Assembly (NCBI GenBank): GCA_028875125.1
Contig: JAPPGC010000027.1
Span: 4,781 to 68,780 of the forward strand
Source of the DNA: Bacteroidota bacterium
Lineage (GTDB): Bacteria > Bacteroidota > Rhodothermia > Rhodothermales > Bin80
DNA: 64,000 bases
Direction of reading: 5' to 3'
Shown: positions 37,695-46,175 of the stretch, in pieces
Layout: each line of letters starts with the position of its first letter
Position numbering within the stretch: position 1 is the first letter of the stretch
The notes under the pieces: model-generated
Databases searched by the model: none
Told to the model about the DNA's origin: nothing
What the model saw: the letters and a program-made list of their open reading frames with translations, nothing else
Translations under genes and position numbers: made by a program

Positions 37695-39671
37695 CTAGTC
37701 CCTGACGAATACTATACGCTGGGAGGATGCTGGTCGATCTTCTATGCGGCTGCGCACAATGTAGGTTCCAGCCGAGAGTCCATCGGATTTGATCTTGATC
37801 CGGGTTGATTGGTGAAGTGGAGGCGTGCCGCTGAATAGAGTCTGAATCCGACGACCAAGAAGATCATACAGTGCTATATCAATTGATCCGTATGTGCCGG
37901 AAGTGAACTGGAGAACTGCTTCAGTGGAAAATGGGTTTGGATAAACTTTATATGTTACAAGGCCTTCGGCATACAATTCAACAGTCACAGGTCCGGTAAT
38001 CCTGTAAGCGCCGTTGGCTGAAACTTGCCGGATCTGGAAAGAATACCGGCCTGGATCCAGATCCTCTACTGTATACGTAAAGTTGGTCTGCGCTTCGCTG
38101 TCTACCTGGACTTGACCGATGGTCGTTGGTTGTGGCCGCGTGTCTTCAACGAAGAACGTAATCTTGGAAGAGGATGGTGTTATAGACCAGGTGAGTTGAA
38201 TTGATCGTTCCCCCGGTACAGCTTTCAACTCACTTACAGCGACAAGATCACTGCCCAGACAGTCTCCGCGAAGCCGGAGATGACAGATAGGATCAGTATC
38301 AAGTGCTACATATTCAGGACTATCAGGTACGCAAATACCAGCATTGTTGGAAAGGTTGCAATTGGACAGTTTTGCGCCAAGAATTGCAATCTGGTGTGGT
38401 AGTGCGCCCGTCAGCTTGTTGTTGCTAAGATTCAGAGTATCCAGGCTTGTAAGTGCAGCGTATTTTGCCGGTACAGATCCTTGGATGTTATTTCCAGATA
38501 GGTCAAAGACTTCAAGGCTTTGAATGGAAGAGAGAGAGGCGGGCAACGTACCTGCCAGACCATTATTCGGCAGGATCAAATGCGTTATTCTCTCATCAAC
38601 ACAACTGACGCCATCCCAATCACATGGTTGTGAGCTCGCAAGCCATCCGTTATTTCGTGTCCATGTCGCCCCTCCCGTGTTAGCGTAGATAGATTCAAGG
38701 CTGTCGCAGTTGGGCCCTTCGCATGCTTTACATGTGTTGTCTCGAGACAATGAGCAAACTTGGTCCAGGTTGGCATACGGAGGAGCATCTGGGATGCATA
38801 AACGATTGCCTTGCAGATAACAGTTATTTATGCCCGCAGCGAAAGTGGCGGTGGAGAGGGACAACGAGCCTTCCAGATTATTGTCAGCGAGGGACAGCCA
38901 GAGAAGTTCTTCAAGATTAGCTAATTCTTCCGGTATCCGCCCGGACAATTGATTTTCACTGGCATCAAAAAACCTTAGCATGCTGAGATCTCCCAGCCAT
39001 ACCGGCAGATCTCCGGTGAATATATTTTGGCGCAAGTTTAGGTACTCGAGCTTGGTCAGATTGCTGAGTGTATCAGGAATTGGTCCGCCCAAGCTATTGC
39101 CACTGAGATCAAGACGCTGCAATTGCAATAACTGTCCGAGGCGCTCTGGAATTGGTCCTTCCAGTTCATTGGCTTCCAAGCTCAGCTCCCGAAGATTGGG
39201 CAGACTTCCGAGTTCTGCCGGAGCGGTGCCTGTGAAGGCATTATTGCCCAATGTTAGAATCTCCAAGTGCTCAAGATCTCCGAGCGTTGTCGGGATCTGG
39301 CCGGTCAGTTTTCTTAGTCGAACACCCGGGCCACTGTTGTCGATCCGAATGGATTGTAGTTCCTGCAGGAATGCCAAGTCTCCCGGCAGGGTACCAGTCA
39401 AGTTATTGCCAGAGAGGTCAATGTGTATGATTTCTCTCGGCCACTGTGAGGATCTGCACGTGATACCGTACCAATCACAGGGTTGATTTGTCCGAAGCCA
39501 ACCGCGTACGTTACGCCAGTTATATCCGTCTGTATCGTAGAATAGTTTTTCCAGTACTTTGCATGCTTGTAGCGTAATCTGGTCAATGAGTGGGCAGCCC
39601 ACAAACTGCGCTCGTGTCGCGGTTGCACTGGATACCGCAATCAACATAACAAGGACAACAACACGCGTCAT
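37695..39671 (-). CDS. secreted plant-type (PS) leucine-rich-repeat protein with an Fn3-like module and a T9SS C-terminal sorting domain
   Basis: 24-residue LRRs follow the LxxLxLxxNxLxGxIP pattern (for example LRELSLEANELEGPIPERLGQLLQ). Two LRRNT-like caps are present (NQPCDWYGITC and SQPCDWDGVSC). The CTD reads VYPNPFSTEAVLQF...IALYDLLGRRI...AGTYIVR. The ATG at 39671 gives signal peptide MTRVVVLVMLIAVSSATATRAQ. The track ORF extends to 39851. Confidence 0.8.
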   Translation of the reverse strand: MTRVVVLVMLIAVSSATATRAQFVGCPLIDQITLQACKVLEKLFYDTDGYNWRNVRGWLRTNQPCDWYGITCRSSQWPREIIHIDLSGNNLTGTLPGDLAFLQELQSIRIDNSGPGVRLRKLTGQIPTTLGDLEHLEILTLGNNAFTGTAPAELGSLPNLRELSLEANELEGPIPERLGQLLQLQRLDLSGNSLGGPIPDTLSNLTKLEYLNLRQNIFTGDLPVWLGDLSMLRFFDASENQLSGRIPEELANLEELLWLSLADNNLEGSLSLSTATFAAGINNCYLQGNRLCIPDAPPYANLDQVCSLSRDNTCKACEGPNCDSLESIYANTGGATWTRNNGWLASSQPCDWDGVSCVDERITHLILPNNGLAGTLPASLSSIQSLEVFDLSGNNIQGSVPAKYAALTSLDTLNLSNNKLTGALPHQIAILGAKLSNCNLSNNAGICVPDSPEYVALDTDPICHLRLRGDCLGSDLVAVSELKAVPGERSIQLTWSITPSSSKITFFVEDTRPQPTTIGQVQVDSEAQTNFTYTVEDLDPGRYSFQIRQVSANGAYRITGPVTVELYAEGLVTYKVYPNPFSTEAVLQFTSGTYGSIDIALYDLLGRRIQTLFSGTPPLHQSTRIKIKSDGLSAGTYIVRSRIEDRPASSQRIVFVRD

Positions 39672-39850
39672 GACCCTCGGTGATTGCTGTTGCGTTACCA
39701 TTGGACTGGTCTGTTGTTCATCAACATGCATCGACGAAAAATCACGATGGCGGCCGGGAAAAAACAATTCGACGGTTCCAGGTAACGTTAGGTTGAGGAA
39801 GCAGTAAATCTGAGATACTAAGGAATGATACCCGACGCCGGGATCAGCCA

Positions 39851-40057
39851 CATGCTAATCGGCACCCGCTAGGTCAAGAATACGGTAATGCGTGGAGCAG
39901 CCCGCAAATACTCCTCGTCCACCCTCAGGATTTATGTATAGGTTGGGAGGTTGCTCGAAGCCATCAAGACTCTTATGCTCCTCAATAGCGCTTCTAGGCT
40001 CAATCTACTCAGGACTGAGGGTCATTACGTACAGTATCAAGTTAGCGTCCAATTCGT
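39851..40057 (-). pseudogene. degenerate copy of the DUF4249 gene 3' end (direct repeat R1)
   Basis: It aligns base-for-base with 40844-41050, roughly 80% identical by eye. It translates ...DANLILYVMTLSPE*IEPRSAIEEHKSLDGF...STHYRILDLAGAD*, with an in-frame TAG at 40005-40007. The intact gene has TAT at that position. Confidence 0.8.
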
Positions 40058-40579
40058 CAGAGAAGGGAAGTCAGGAAATAGTTCTTCCTGTCCTCCGGTG
40101 CGCTCATACATCACCTCCGCTTGACTCCTGCTACTGCCATCCTTGAGTAGGTGCTCAACTTCAATCTCTTCCCGGACCAGAGCCTCCCCAATCATGCCGG
40201 ATCGGTGGCACTGTGCTGGATTTGCCTCGGCACATAGCAGGCAGACGATATAATCTCGCTCGCAGGCCGTACGCAATCGTGCAATGCCCTCCTTGAAGAA
40301 AGGCATTGCGCGCACCTTCTCGTAATTCACATGGTTATTATCGTAACAGGACTCATCGTCTGGGCGGCCGCCCAATTGGTGTCCCATGAATCCATACTTC
40401 AGCCCTGCGTCGCGCAGTGCCTTTGCCAGTGGTTTTCGTGCAAACTCTGGCTGATACCTGGAATAAGGAACCGATCGAACGTCGATCACAAATTGGATCC
40501 CCTTAGCTCGTATCTGGCGCACAATTTCGTCCACCGTGCGTCCCCCGTGCCCGACCGTATATACACGAAATCTAGGCAT
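40037..40579 (-). CDS. DUF488 family protein
   Basis: 180 aa. MPRFRVYTVGHGGRTVDEIV...VIDVRSVPYSRYQPEF...LGGRP...LLCAEANPAQCHR is the DUF488 pattern. The last 7 codons read into repeat R1 in a different frame. Confidence 0.8.
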   Translation of the reverse strand: MPRFRVYTVGHGGRTVDEIVRQIRAKGIQFVIDVRSVPYSRYQPEFARKPLAKALRDAGLKYGFMGHQLGGRPDDESCYDNNHVNYEKVRAMPFFKEGIARLRTACERDYIVCLLCAEANPAQCHRSGMIGEALVREEIEVEHLLKDGSSRSQAEVMYERTGGQEELFPDFPSLTNWTLT

Positions 40580-40847
40580 GTCAATTCAAGAATAGGCAAT
40601 GATGTGTCAGTCGTTGAGTTACCTGCTTATAAGGCCTAGTGCCGGTCAATAGTTCCGGTCAAATACGTAATTGTCAATGAATTTCCCATCGTAACTGTAG
40701 ACATGAACATGTGTATCTATTAGATCAACGTAGTACATAGTACCATTACCTCCAGTGCAATCCTGTTCGACTACCATTCCCGACCTTCATGAGGGGCAGC
40801 GACTCGGAGTCTAGGAAACGACGCTGCATGTTGGGATGTGACTCGTG

Positions 40848-42002
40848 CTACTCAGCGCGCGCTAAGTCTAGGATGCGGTAATGCGTGGAGTAGCCTGCAA
40901 ATATTCCTCGTCCACCCTCAAAGTTTGTGTAAAGATTGGCAGGCTGCCCGAAGTCATCAAAACTTTCATGCTCCTCAATAGCACTTCGATGCTCAACATA
41001 CTCAGGACTGAGGGACATTACGTATAGTATCAAGTTAGCGTCCAGTTCGTGCTCAAAATTGCTGAATAGATCTACTGTTATATCAAAATTTTGAACTTGG
41101 CCATCGGAGGATCGATCGGACAGGATACCGATAGTACAGAATTCGTCCTCTGCAGGGCTGCTTTCAATAGGATTCAGCACATCACTGAAGTAGCAATACC
41201 ATCTTTGACTGTTGTGGGTCATAGCCAACTCATGGACTGTGAATTCTGAGTAAGTAGGAGACCTGTCTTCGGGAAGTGCAAGAAAAATGCTAAAACTGTA
41301 ATAATTCAGGCCGGGGTTATCAGCCAGACTGAAGCTGACAAGGTATTGGGGATCCACTATCGACGAGGAGAAAGTATCCAGTTTAGTGACCTCGGCGGTA
41401 AGTATAGTTGGAGGGAGAGGCGCCTTAGAGATTGCTGATGCCGATTGCAGTCCTGGCGCCTCAACAACCATCCGGTAGGGCGTGTTTGGGCGTGGCGTCC
41501 GCATTCTTGGTGACTCATACCAACCGTCCTCTCCTCCGTCGTGAGAAAGTCGGGCGACGAGGACATCGTCCCTGTAGATCGTGACCGTTGCATCATTCAA
41601 GAAAACTGATGTCGTATCTCCCAGTCTGCCAATCGGAATCGTTTTTGCAACCCGTGCCGCCCAAACCGAGTCTGGTGTGAAGTTGCTGGTGATGTTCAGT
41701 TCAGGGTCGTAATCCGGTGGATCAATCTCTATAGTGGTTTCGCAGGCCGATAGTAATAAAATGCACGCCGCAAATAATTTGATGACCGGGTAAAGAGGAA
41801 GCCGTGGGCGCCACAAATTCTGAGTTAGCCCGGTCCAGATACGCCCAACAATCCGCACGAAATCGACGGAACGGAGAACACTACTTTGCCAACCATTGGT
41901 CAAGGCTTGCGTTGGCGATGAGGAGTTGCCATGCAAGATCTGCAGTAACCTCATGTTTAAATGATCGCGCTGGATCACAGAACGGTAATGCGAATGCCCC
42001 AT
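40848..42002 (-). CDS. DUF4249 family lipoprotein (typical partner of the upstream TonB-dependent receptor)
   Basis: It contains lipobox LLLSAC, TSNFTPDS, VTIYRDDVLVARL and PYRMVVEAPG. The first ~85 codons of the track ORF lack a signal peptide. The true start may therefore be a non-ATG codon near 41.8 kb, just upstream of KLFAACILLLSAC. Confidence 0.6.
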   Translation of the reverse strand: MGHSHYRSVIQRDHLNMRLLQILHGNSSSPTQALTNGWQSSVLRSVDFVRIVGRIWTGLTQNLWRPRLPLYPVIKLFAACILLLSACETTIEIDPPDYDPELNITSNFTPDSVWAARVAKTIPIGRLGDTTSVFLNDATVTIYRDDVLVARLSHDGGEDGWYESPRMRTPRPNTPYRMVVEAPGLQSASAISKAPLPPTILTAEVTKLDTFSSSIVDPQYLVSFSLADNPGLNYYSFSIFLALPEDRSPTYSEFTVHELAMTHNSQRWYCYFSDVLNPIESSPAEDEFCTIGILSDRSSDGQVQNFDITVDLFSNFEHELDANLILYVMSLSPEYVEHRSAIEEHESFDDFGQPANLYTNFEGGRGIFAGYSTHYRILDLARAE

Positions 42003-42006
42003 AGTT

Positions 42007-44400
42007 CTAGTAAGACAACTGGTAGCTTATTGCAGGGATTATGGGAAGTAGGCTAAACTTCTTGAAAGTGAGGTCTCCTGATTCATCTCGCTGGGCATAG
42101 ATACTGAGGGCATTCCTCCGATTGTACGTATTGTAAGTGCCGACCGATAATGTTCTTTTCAAACGTCTTCCCGTCCGTTTTATACGGATACTCAAATCCA
42201 GTCGGTGATAGGACGGGATGCGTGCACCATTGCGCGAACTCTGCACACTATACAATTGAAGCCAGTTCGCCCGTCCCCATGGAAATGCCACGAAAGTTTC
42301 GTGTTCTGCGTGGATATGGCCGACAGGCAGCGTCACGGCCTGGCCGGTGCCATAGACCCAAGATGCACTCATATCCAACGACGGCCTAAGTTTATGACTA
42401 ACAACCAAAGAGGCATCATGACGGCGGTCATATCGGTAAGGAAACCATGCGCCACCGTTGATATGATCAAATTTTCGACGACTTGATGATAGCGTGTAGC
42501 CTATCCAGCCGGTTGTGCGACCGGATTGCTTCTGAAGAAAAACCTCGCCGCCGTAGGCAAGCCCGCGTCCAGACTCTACTCGGTCCTCCCATGTTCCCAA
42601 GGTGGCGTTGAAAAAGTCGGCACCATCTTCGTACTCAATCAGATTTTGCAATTTTTTGTAGTACCCTTCGATGGAAATCTCAAATTTTCCACCAGAAATT
42701 GAATGAACGACACCACCTGCAACCTGCATGGACTGTTGAGGCTTGATTCGTGCGGTCGCAGGTACCCACAAATCCGTAGGAAGGGACAATCCACTTGTAG
42801 TGGCCAGGAGATGAATGTACTGCTGCATGTACGCCAAGGATGTCTTAAAGCTGGTCCTCGAATCAAGGCGGAATAGCGCACCGATGCGTGGTTCAACCGA
42901 GTAGTAGGTTTTTCCGTCAATCAGAAAGCTCGAGGCGTGTATCCCCGTATTGAGGCGTACTCGTGGTGCCAGGCGCCAATCATCTTCGATGTAGGCTTGG
43001 AACTCCCCTGCTTTTGAACGCCTGTTTGAAGTGGTTGAGGAATAATCCAGCACGTTGTTTACCTGATGGATTTCCTCATATGCTCCTGTGAGAAAGCTGT
43101 GCAACTGTCCTCCCAGGCCAAAACGAATATTATGACGAGCGTTGGGAATAAATTCCGCGTCAGCACGTGCATGCACATCACGAATACCGGACTCATATGA
43201 AGCACTGTACCGCCGGGACTCTACCTCAGCATCATCAACATAGTAGGAGTTATACTGGTTTTCGTTGGTCGCAAGGAGCGAGTAATTTGTGTAACCTACT
43301 AGCACATTTGAGAAAAATCTTGCCCCAAATATATGGTTCCAGCGGAAGGTGCCGGTTAGATTACTCCAATTCAGTGCAGCCTCGTCCGTTTCATTATCGC
43401 TGTAATTATAACGCTGATACAGGCGGTCATCTCCCAAATACCCACTCAGATATATTCGATCTCTAGGGGTAAGAATAACGTTGGTCTTTACATTGATGTC
43501 GTAGAAATAGTATCCGAAATCCTCATCTTCGTCACTAAGGAAGGGCCGGGCGAGTACATCAGCATAGGACCGGCGTCCGGCGACCAGGAAGGAAGCTTGA
43601 TCCCGTACGATAGGTCCCTCAACGGTTAGGCGTGAAGCAAGAAGTCCGATGGCCCCTGCTCCCGCAAAGCGTTTCATATTTCCTTCCTTCATAGTCAGAT
43701 CAATCACCGAGGATAGCCGCCCACCGTAACGTGCGGGAAAACCTCCTTTGAGCAGTCGGACATCCTTTATTGCGTCCGGGTTGAAGGTGCTCAGGAATCC
43801 GAAAAGATGACTAGGGTTGTAGATCTGCGTCCCATCAAGCAAATATAGATTCTGGTCTGGACCACCGCCACGCACGTAGAGGCCAGTTGAACCTTCCACA
43901 CCTGACTGAACACCCGGCAGGAGTTGGATAATGCGCAAGACATCTACCTCCCCAAGGAGTGCAGGAAGAACCTCTACGTTTTGCACAGGCAGCGAGATGC
44001 CGCTCATTTGCGTGGTTTGAAGTGCTGACTCAACGGTGGCAATAACCTCAATTTCGTCCAGAGCAAGTGTGATGGGTACGAGCGAAATATCCAGGCGGAG
44101 ATCTTCTCGGGGTGCGTACGTGATCACTTGTGGCGCGTACGCGACATGATTGACGATCATCCGTACGCTATCCGGTTGGAGTGTCAGACTAAAAAAGCCG
44201 TACTGTTTTGTAGTTCCCCCTACGTCCTGCGCAGCGACGTACAATGTAGCGCCTACAACCAACTCACCGGTTTCAGCATCTGTTACATTACCGCTCACCG
44301 TGACACGGTTTTCCTGTGCAACAGCGAGGGGAGAGTGTTGTACGGAGAGGTAAACCGCAGCTGTTACCAGGAATGTTAGGCGAGGAAGAAACTGCGGCAT
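42007..44400 (-). CDS. TonB-dependent receptor with a CarboxypepD_reg-like N-domain
   Basis: 797 aa. It contains VTVSGNVTDAETGELVVGATLYV, the plug region ALLGEVDVLRIIQLLPGVQSG...YVRGGGPDQNLYLLDG, and the barrel terminus ...AISYQLSY. Confidence 0.88.
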   Translation of the reverse strand: MPQFLPRLTFLVTAAVYLSVQHSPLAVAQENRVTVSGNVTDAETGELVVGATLYVAAQDVGGTTKQYGFFSLTLQPDSVRMIVNHVAYAPQVITYAPREDLRLDISLVPITLALDEIEVIATVESALQTTQMSGISLPVQNVEVLPALLGEVDVLRIIQLLPGVQSGVEGSTGLYVRGGGPDQNLYLLDGTQIYNPSHLFGFLSTFNPDAIKDVRLLKGGFPARYGGRLSSVIDLTMKEGNMKRFAGAGAIGLLASRLTVEGPIVRDQASFLVAGRRSYADVLARPFLSDEDEDFGYYFYDINVKTNVILTPRDRIYLSGYLGDDRLYQRYNYSDNETDEAALNWSNLTGTFRWNHIFGARFFSNVLVGYTNYSLLATNENQYNSYYVDDAEVESRRYSASYESGIRDVHARADAEFIPNARHNIRFGLGGQLHSFLTGAYEEIHQVNNVLDYSSTTSNRRSKAGEFQAYIEDDWRLAPRVRLNTGIHASSFLIDGKTYYSVEPRIGALFRLDSRTSFKTSLAYMQQYIHLLATTSGLSLPTDLWVPATARIKPQQSMQVAGGVVHSISGGKFEISIEGYYKKLQNLIEYEDGADFFNATLGTWEDRVESGRGLAYGGEVFLQKQSGRTTGWIGYTLSSSRRKFDHINGGAWFPYRYDRRHDASLVVSHKLRPSLDMSASWVYGTGQAVTLPVGHIHAEHETFVAFPWGRANWLQLYSVQSSRNGARIPSYHRLDLSIRIKRTGRRLKRTLSVGTYNTYNRRNALSIYAQRDESGDLTFKKFSLLPIIPAISYQLSY

Positions 44401-44411
44401 ACAGTAACTGG

Positions 44412-46175
44412 CTATTCACCTGAAGAGATACGGAATGTAGTTTCACTCACGAGGCTTTCCTGGTACCCATACCTAATTGCCTTGGCACGGATTGTGGTGG
44501 TCTGGTCGATCCTGAGTGGGGCAGAAAAAAGCAGCCAATCGCCTTCCATGCCGGCCTCGTCAACAATCGCGTAAGCAATTGAGGCCCCCTGTGTTCCGCT
44601 GTACATCGTTATGTCAACGGCCCCGTCAAAAACTCCTCCACTTTCGGTGTGATCCAGACCGCCAATCTGAATTGCCGTGCGTGAGGTAGCTTGTGGCAGC
44701 ATGATCGGGGCATTTGTAACTGGCTGTTCTCCGTTCGGCCACATAGATTCAACCATGTCCAATTCAGATTGGAATCCCCAGTCCCCACTCGTCGCGATCC
44801 AGCTATCAAGCGCTTGTTGCAGGCGCAGGAGCTCGTCCTTGTAGGTTGGATTGTACGCAAGATTACGAACCTCATAAGGATCCTCAGCCGTGTCATAAAG
44901 CTCGTGAACCGGGCGACGTGAGCGCATCCAAAGCGTTTGGGGGCCGGTTAACGCGTCGGCTGCATGTAGTTTGAAGAGCTCTTGCATCGTGGGCATTACG
45001 TTTGCGTAGGCCATCCAGAGCGCGTATGGCTTTTCCGTTCGGTAGTTGCGGATGTACTTGTATCGCGTATCCCGTACAGCTCTTACGAGATCGTACTGCT
45101 CATCAAAACGATCCCTTGCTGCGTAGACATATTCGTGTGGAGGTTTATTGCCGGCGAAGTCTCCCAGAATGGCCCGTCCCTGAATGTGAGCTGGCGGCTC
45201 AATCCCCGCCAGTGAGAGTACAGTGGGCGCGAGATCCAAAAAGCTCACAAGCTCTTGATTGACATCGGGTGTCTGGCCCGGTGTATGGATGATCATGGGA
45301 ACATGCAGGCCGGAATCGTACAGCCACCGTTTATGGCGTGGTAATCCATCACCGTGATCGCTCCAGAAAAACACGATCGTATTATCCAGAAGACCGTCCT
45401 CCTCCAATTGGTCAAGAATCATACCTGCTTGAGCATCCATAACCGCGATATTGTCGTAATGCTGTGCAATATCGCGTCGCACAACAGGTGTGTCTGGATA
45501 ATAGGGTGGTACGATAACTGCGTCAGGATCGGTTTCAAGCGGTGCAGGCGCAGGCACTGCAGTGAAAGCAGGCAGCCCCATGGCTTCCATGGCTGCTTCA
45601 GGGTCCGGCCAGATGCGGCTTTCGTGCGTTATAGTAAAATTAAACACCGAAAAAAAGGGTTGGTCGGGATCCCGGCGGCCACGCCAATGGGCCTCAGAAC
45701 TGGATTCGTCCCAGGCTGTGGTTGGAGTTTCAAATTGGTAGTCCTCCTTCACATTATTGGTCGTGTAGTAGCCGGCCGCACGCAGATATTCCGTAAAGGT
45801 CTTAACATAATGAGGAGGGACCACACTGTACGGTGTGGGCTCGGGTGCAAAGGGAGCTCCCGAGAGGGTCCTCATATGATGTGCTCCAAGACTGACTTGA
45901 TGCATGCCGGTGATAATGGCTGCACGGCTGGGGGAGCAGACCCCCGCAGTCGTAAATACACGTGTGTAGCGCGTGCCACGACTAGCAAGTGAGTCCAGAT
46001 GAGGGGTTCGGGCAACGGGATCCCCATAGGACCCGAGTCTCGGTCCCATATCTTCGGCCGAAATCCAGACAATATTCGGGCGTTCCAGCGTAGCCGGTTC
46101 TTCAACCGCGCTTTCCGGTGCGGCACACGCGCACAACAGAATGGGAAGAAGCCCAAGACGTATATATGATCTCAT
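44412..46175 (-). CDS. formylglycine-type sulfatase (arylsulfatase A family) lipoprotein
   Basis: 587 aa with lipobox ILLCACA. NIVWISAEDMG is present and the FGly motif is CSPSRAAIITG. The start overlaps the upstream stop by 4 nt. Confidence 0.9.
   Translation of the reverse strand: MRSYIRLGLLPILLCACAAPESAVEEPATLERPNIVWISAEDMGPRLGSYGDPVARTPHLDSLASRGTRYTRVFTTAGVCSPSRAAIITGMHQVSLGAHHMRTLSGAPFAPEPTPYSVVPPHYVKTFTEYLRAAGYYTTNNVKEDYQFETPTTAWDESSSEAHWRGRRDPDQPFFSVFNFTITHESRIWPDPEAAMEAMGLPAFTAVPAPAPLETDPDAVIVPPYYPDTPVVRRDIAQHYDNIAVMDAQAGMILDQLEEDGLLDNTIVFFWSDHGDGLPRHKRWLYDSGLHVPMIIHTPGQTPDVNQELVSFLDLAPTVLSLAGIEPPAHIQGRAILGDFAGNKPPHEYVYAARDRFDEQYDLVRAVRDTRYKYIRNYRTEKPYALWMAYANVMPTMQELFKLHAADALTGPQTLWMRSRRPVHELYDTAEDPYEVRNLAYNPTYKDELLRLQQALDSWIATSGDWGFQSELDMVESMWPNGEQPVTNAPIMLPQATSRTAIQIGGLDHTESGGVFDGAVDITMYSGTQGASIAYAIVDEAGMEGDWLLFSAPLRIDQTTTIRAKAIRYGYQESLVSETTFRISSGE

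Noticed and set aside
39672-39851. A 60-codon N-terminal extension of the LRR ORF (MADPGVGYHSLVSQIYCF...).
   Set aside because: The extension precedes a perfectly good signal peptide that starts at the ATG at 39671. It runs up to the edge of, and overlaps by 1 nt, the degenerate DUF4249 repeat R1. It is an artefact of there being no upstream stop codon.
40646-40777. A 43-codon minus-strand ORF, MVVEQDCTGGNGTMYYVDLIDTHVHVYSYDGKFIDNYVFDRNY*. It resembles one blade of an NHL/6-bladed beta-propeller repeat.
   Set aside because: It is too short to be a functional propeller. It has no signal sequence or recognisable start context. It is most likely a relic carried in with the DUF488 cassette, so I mention it only as context.
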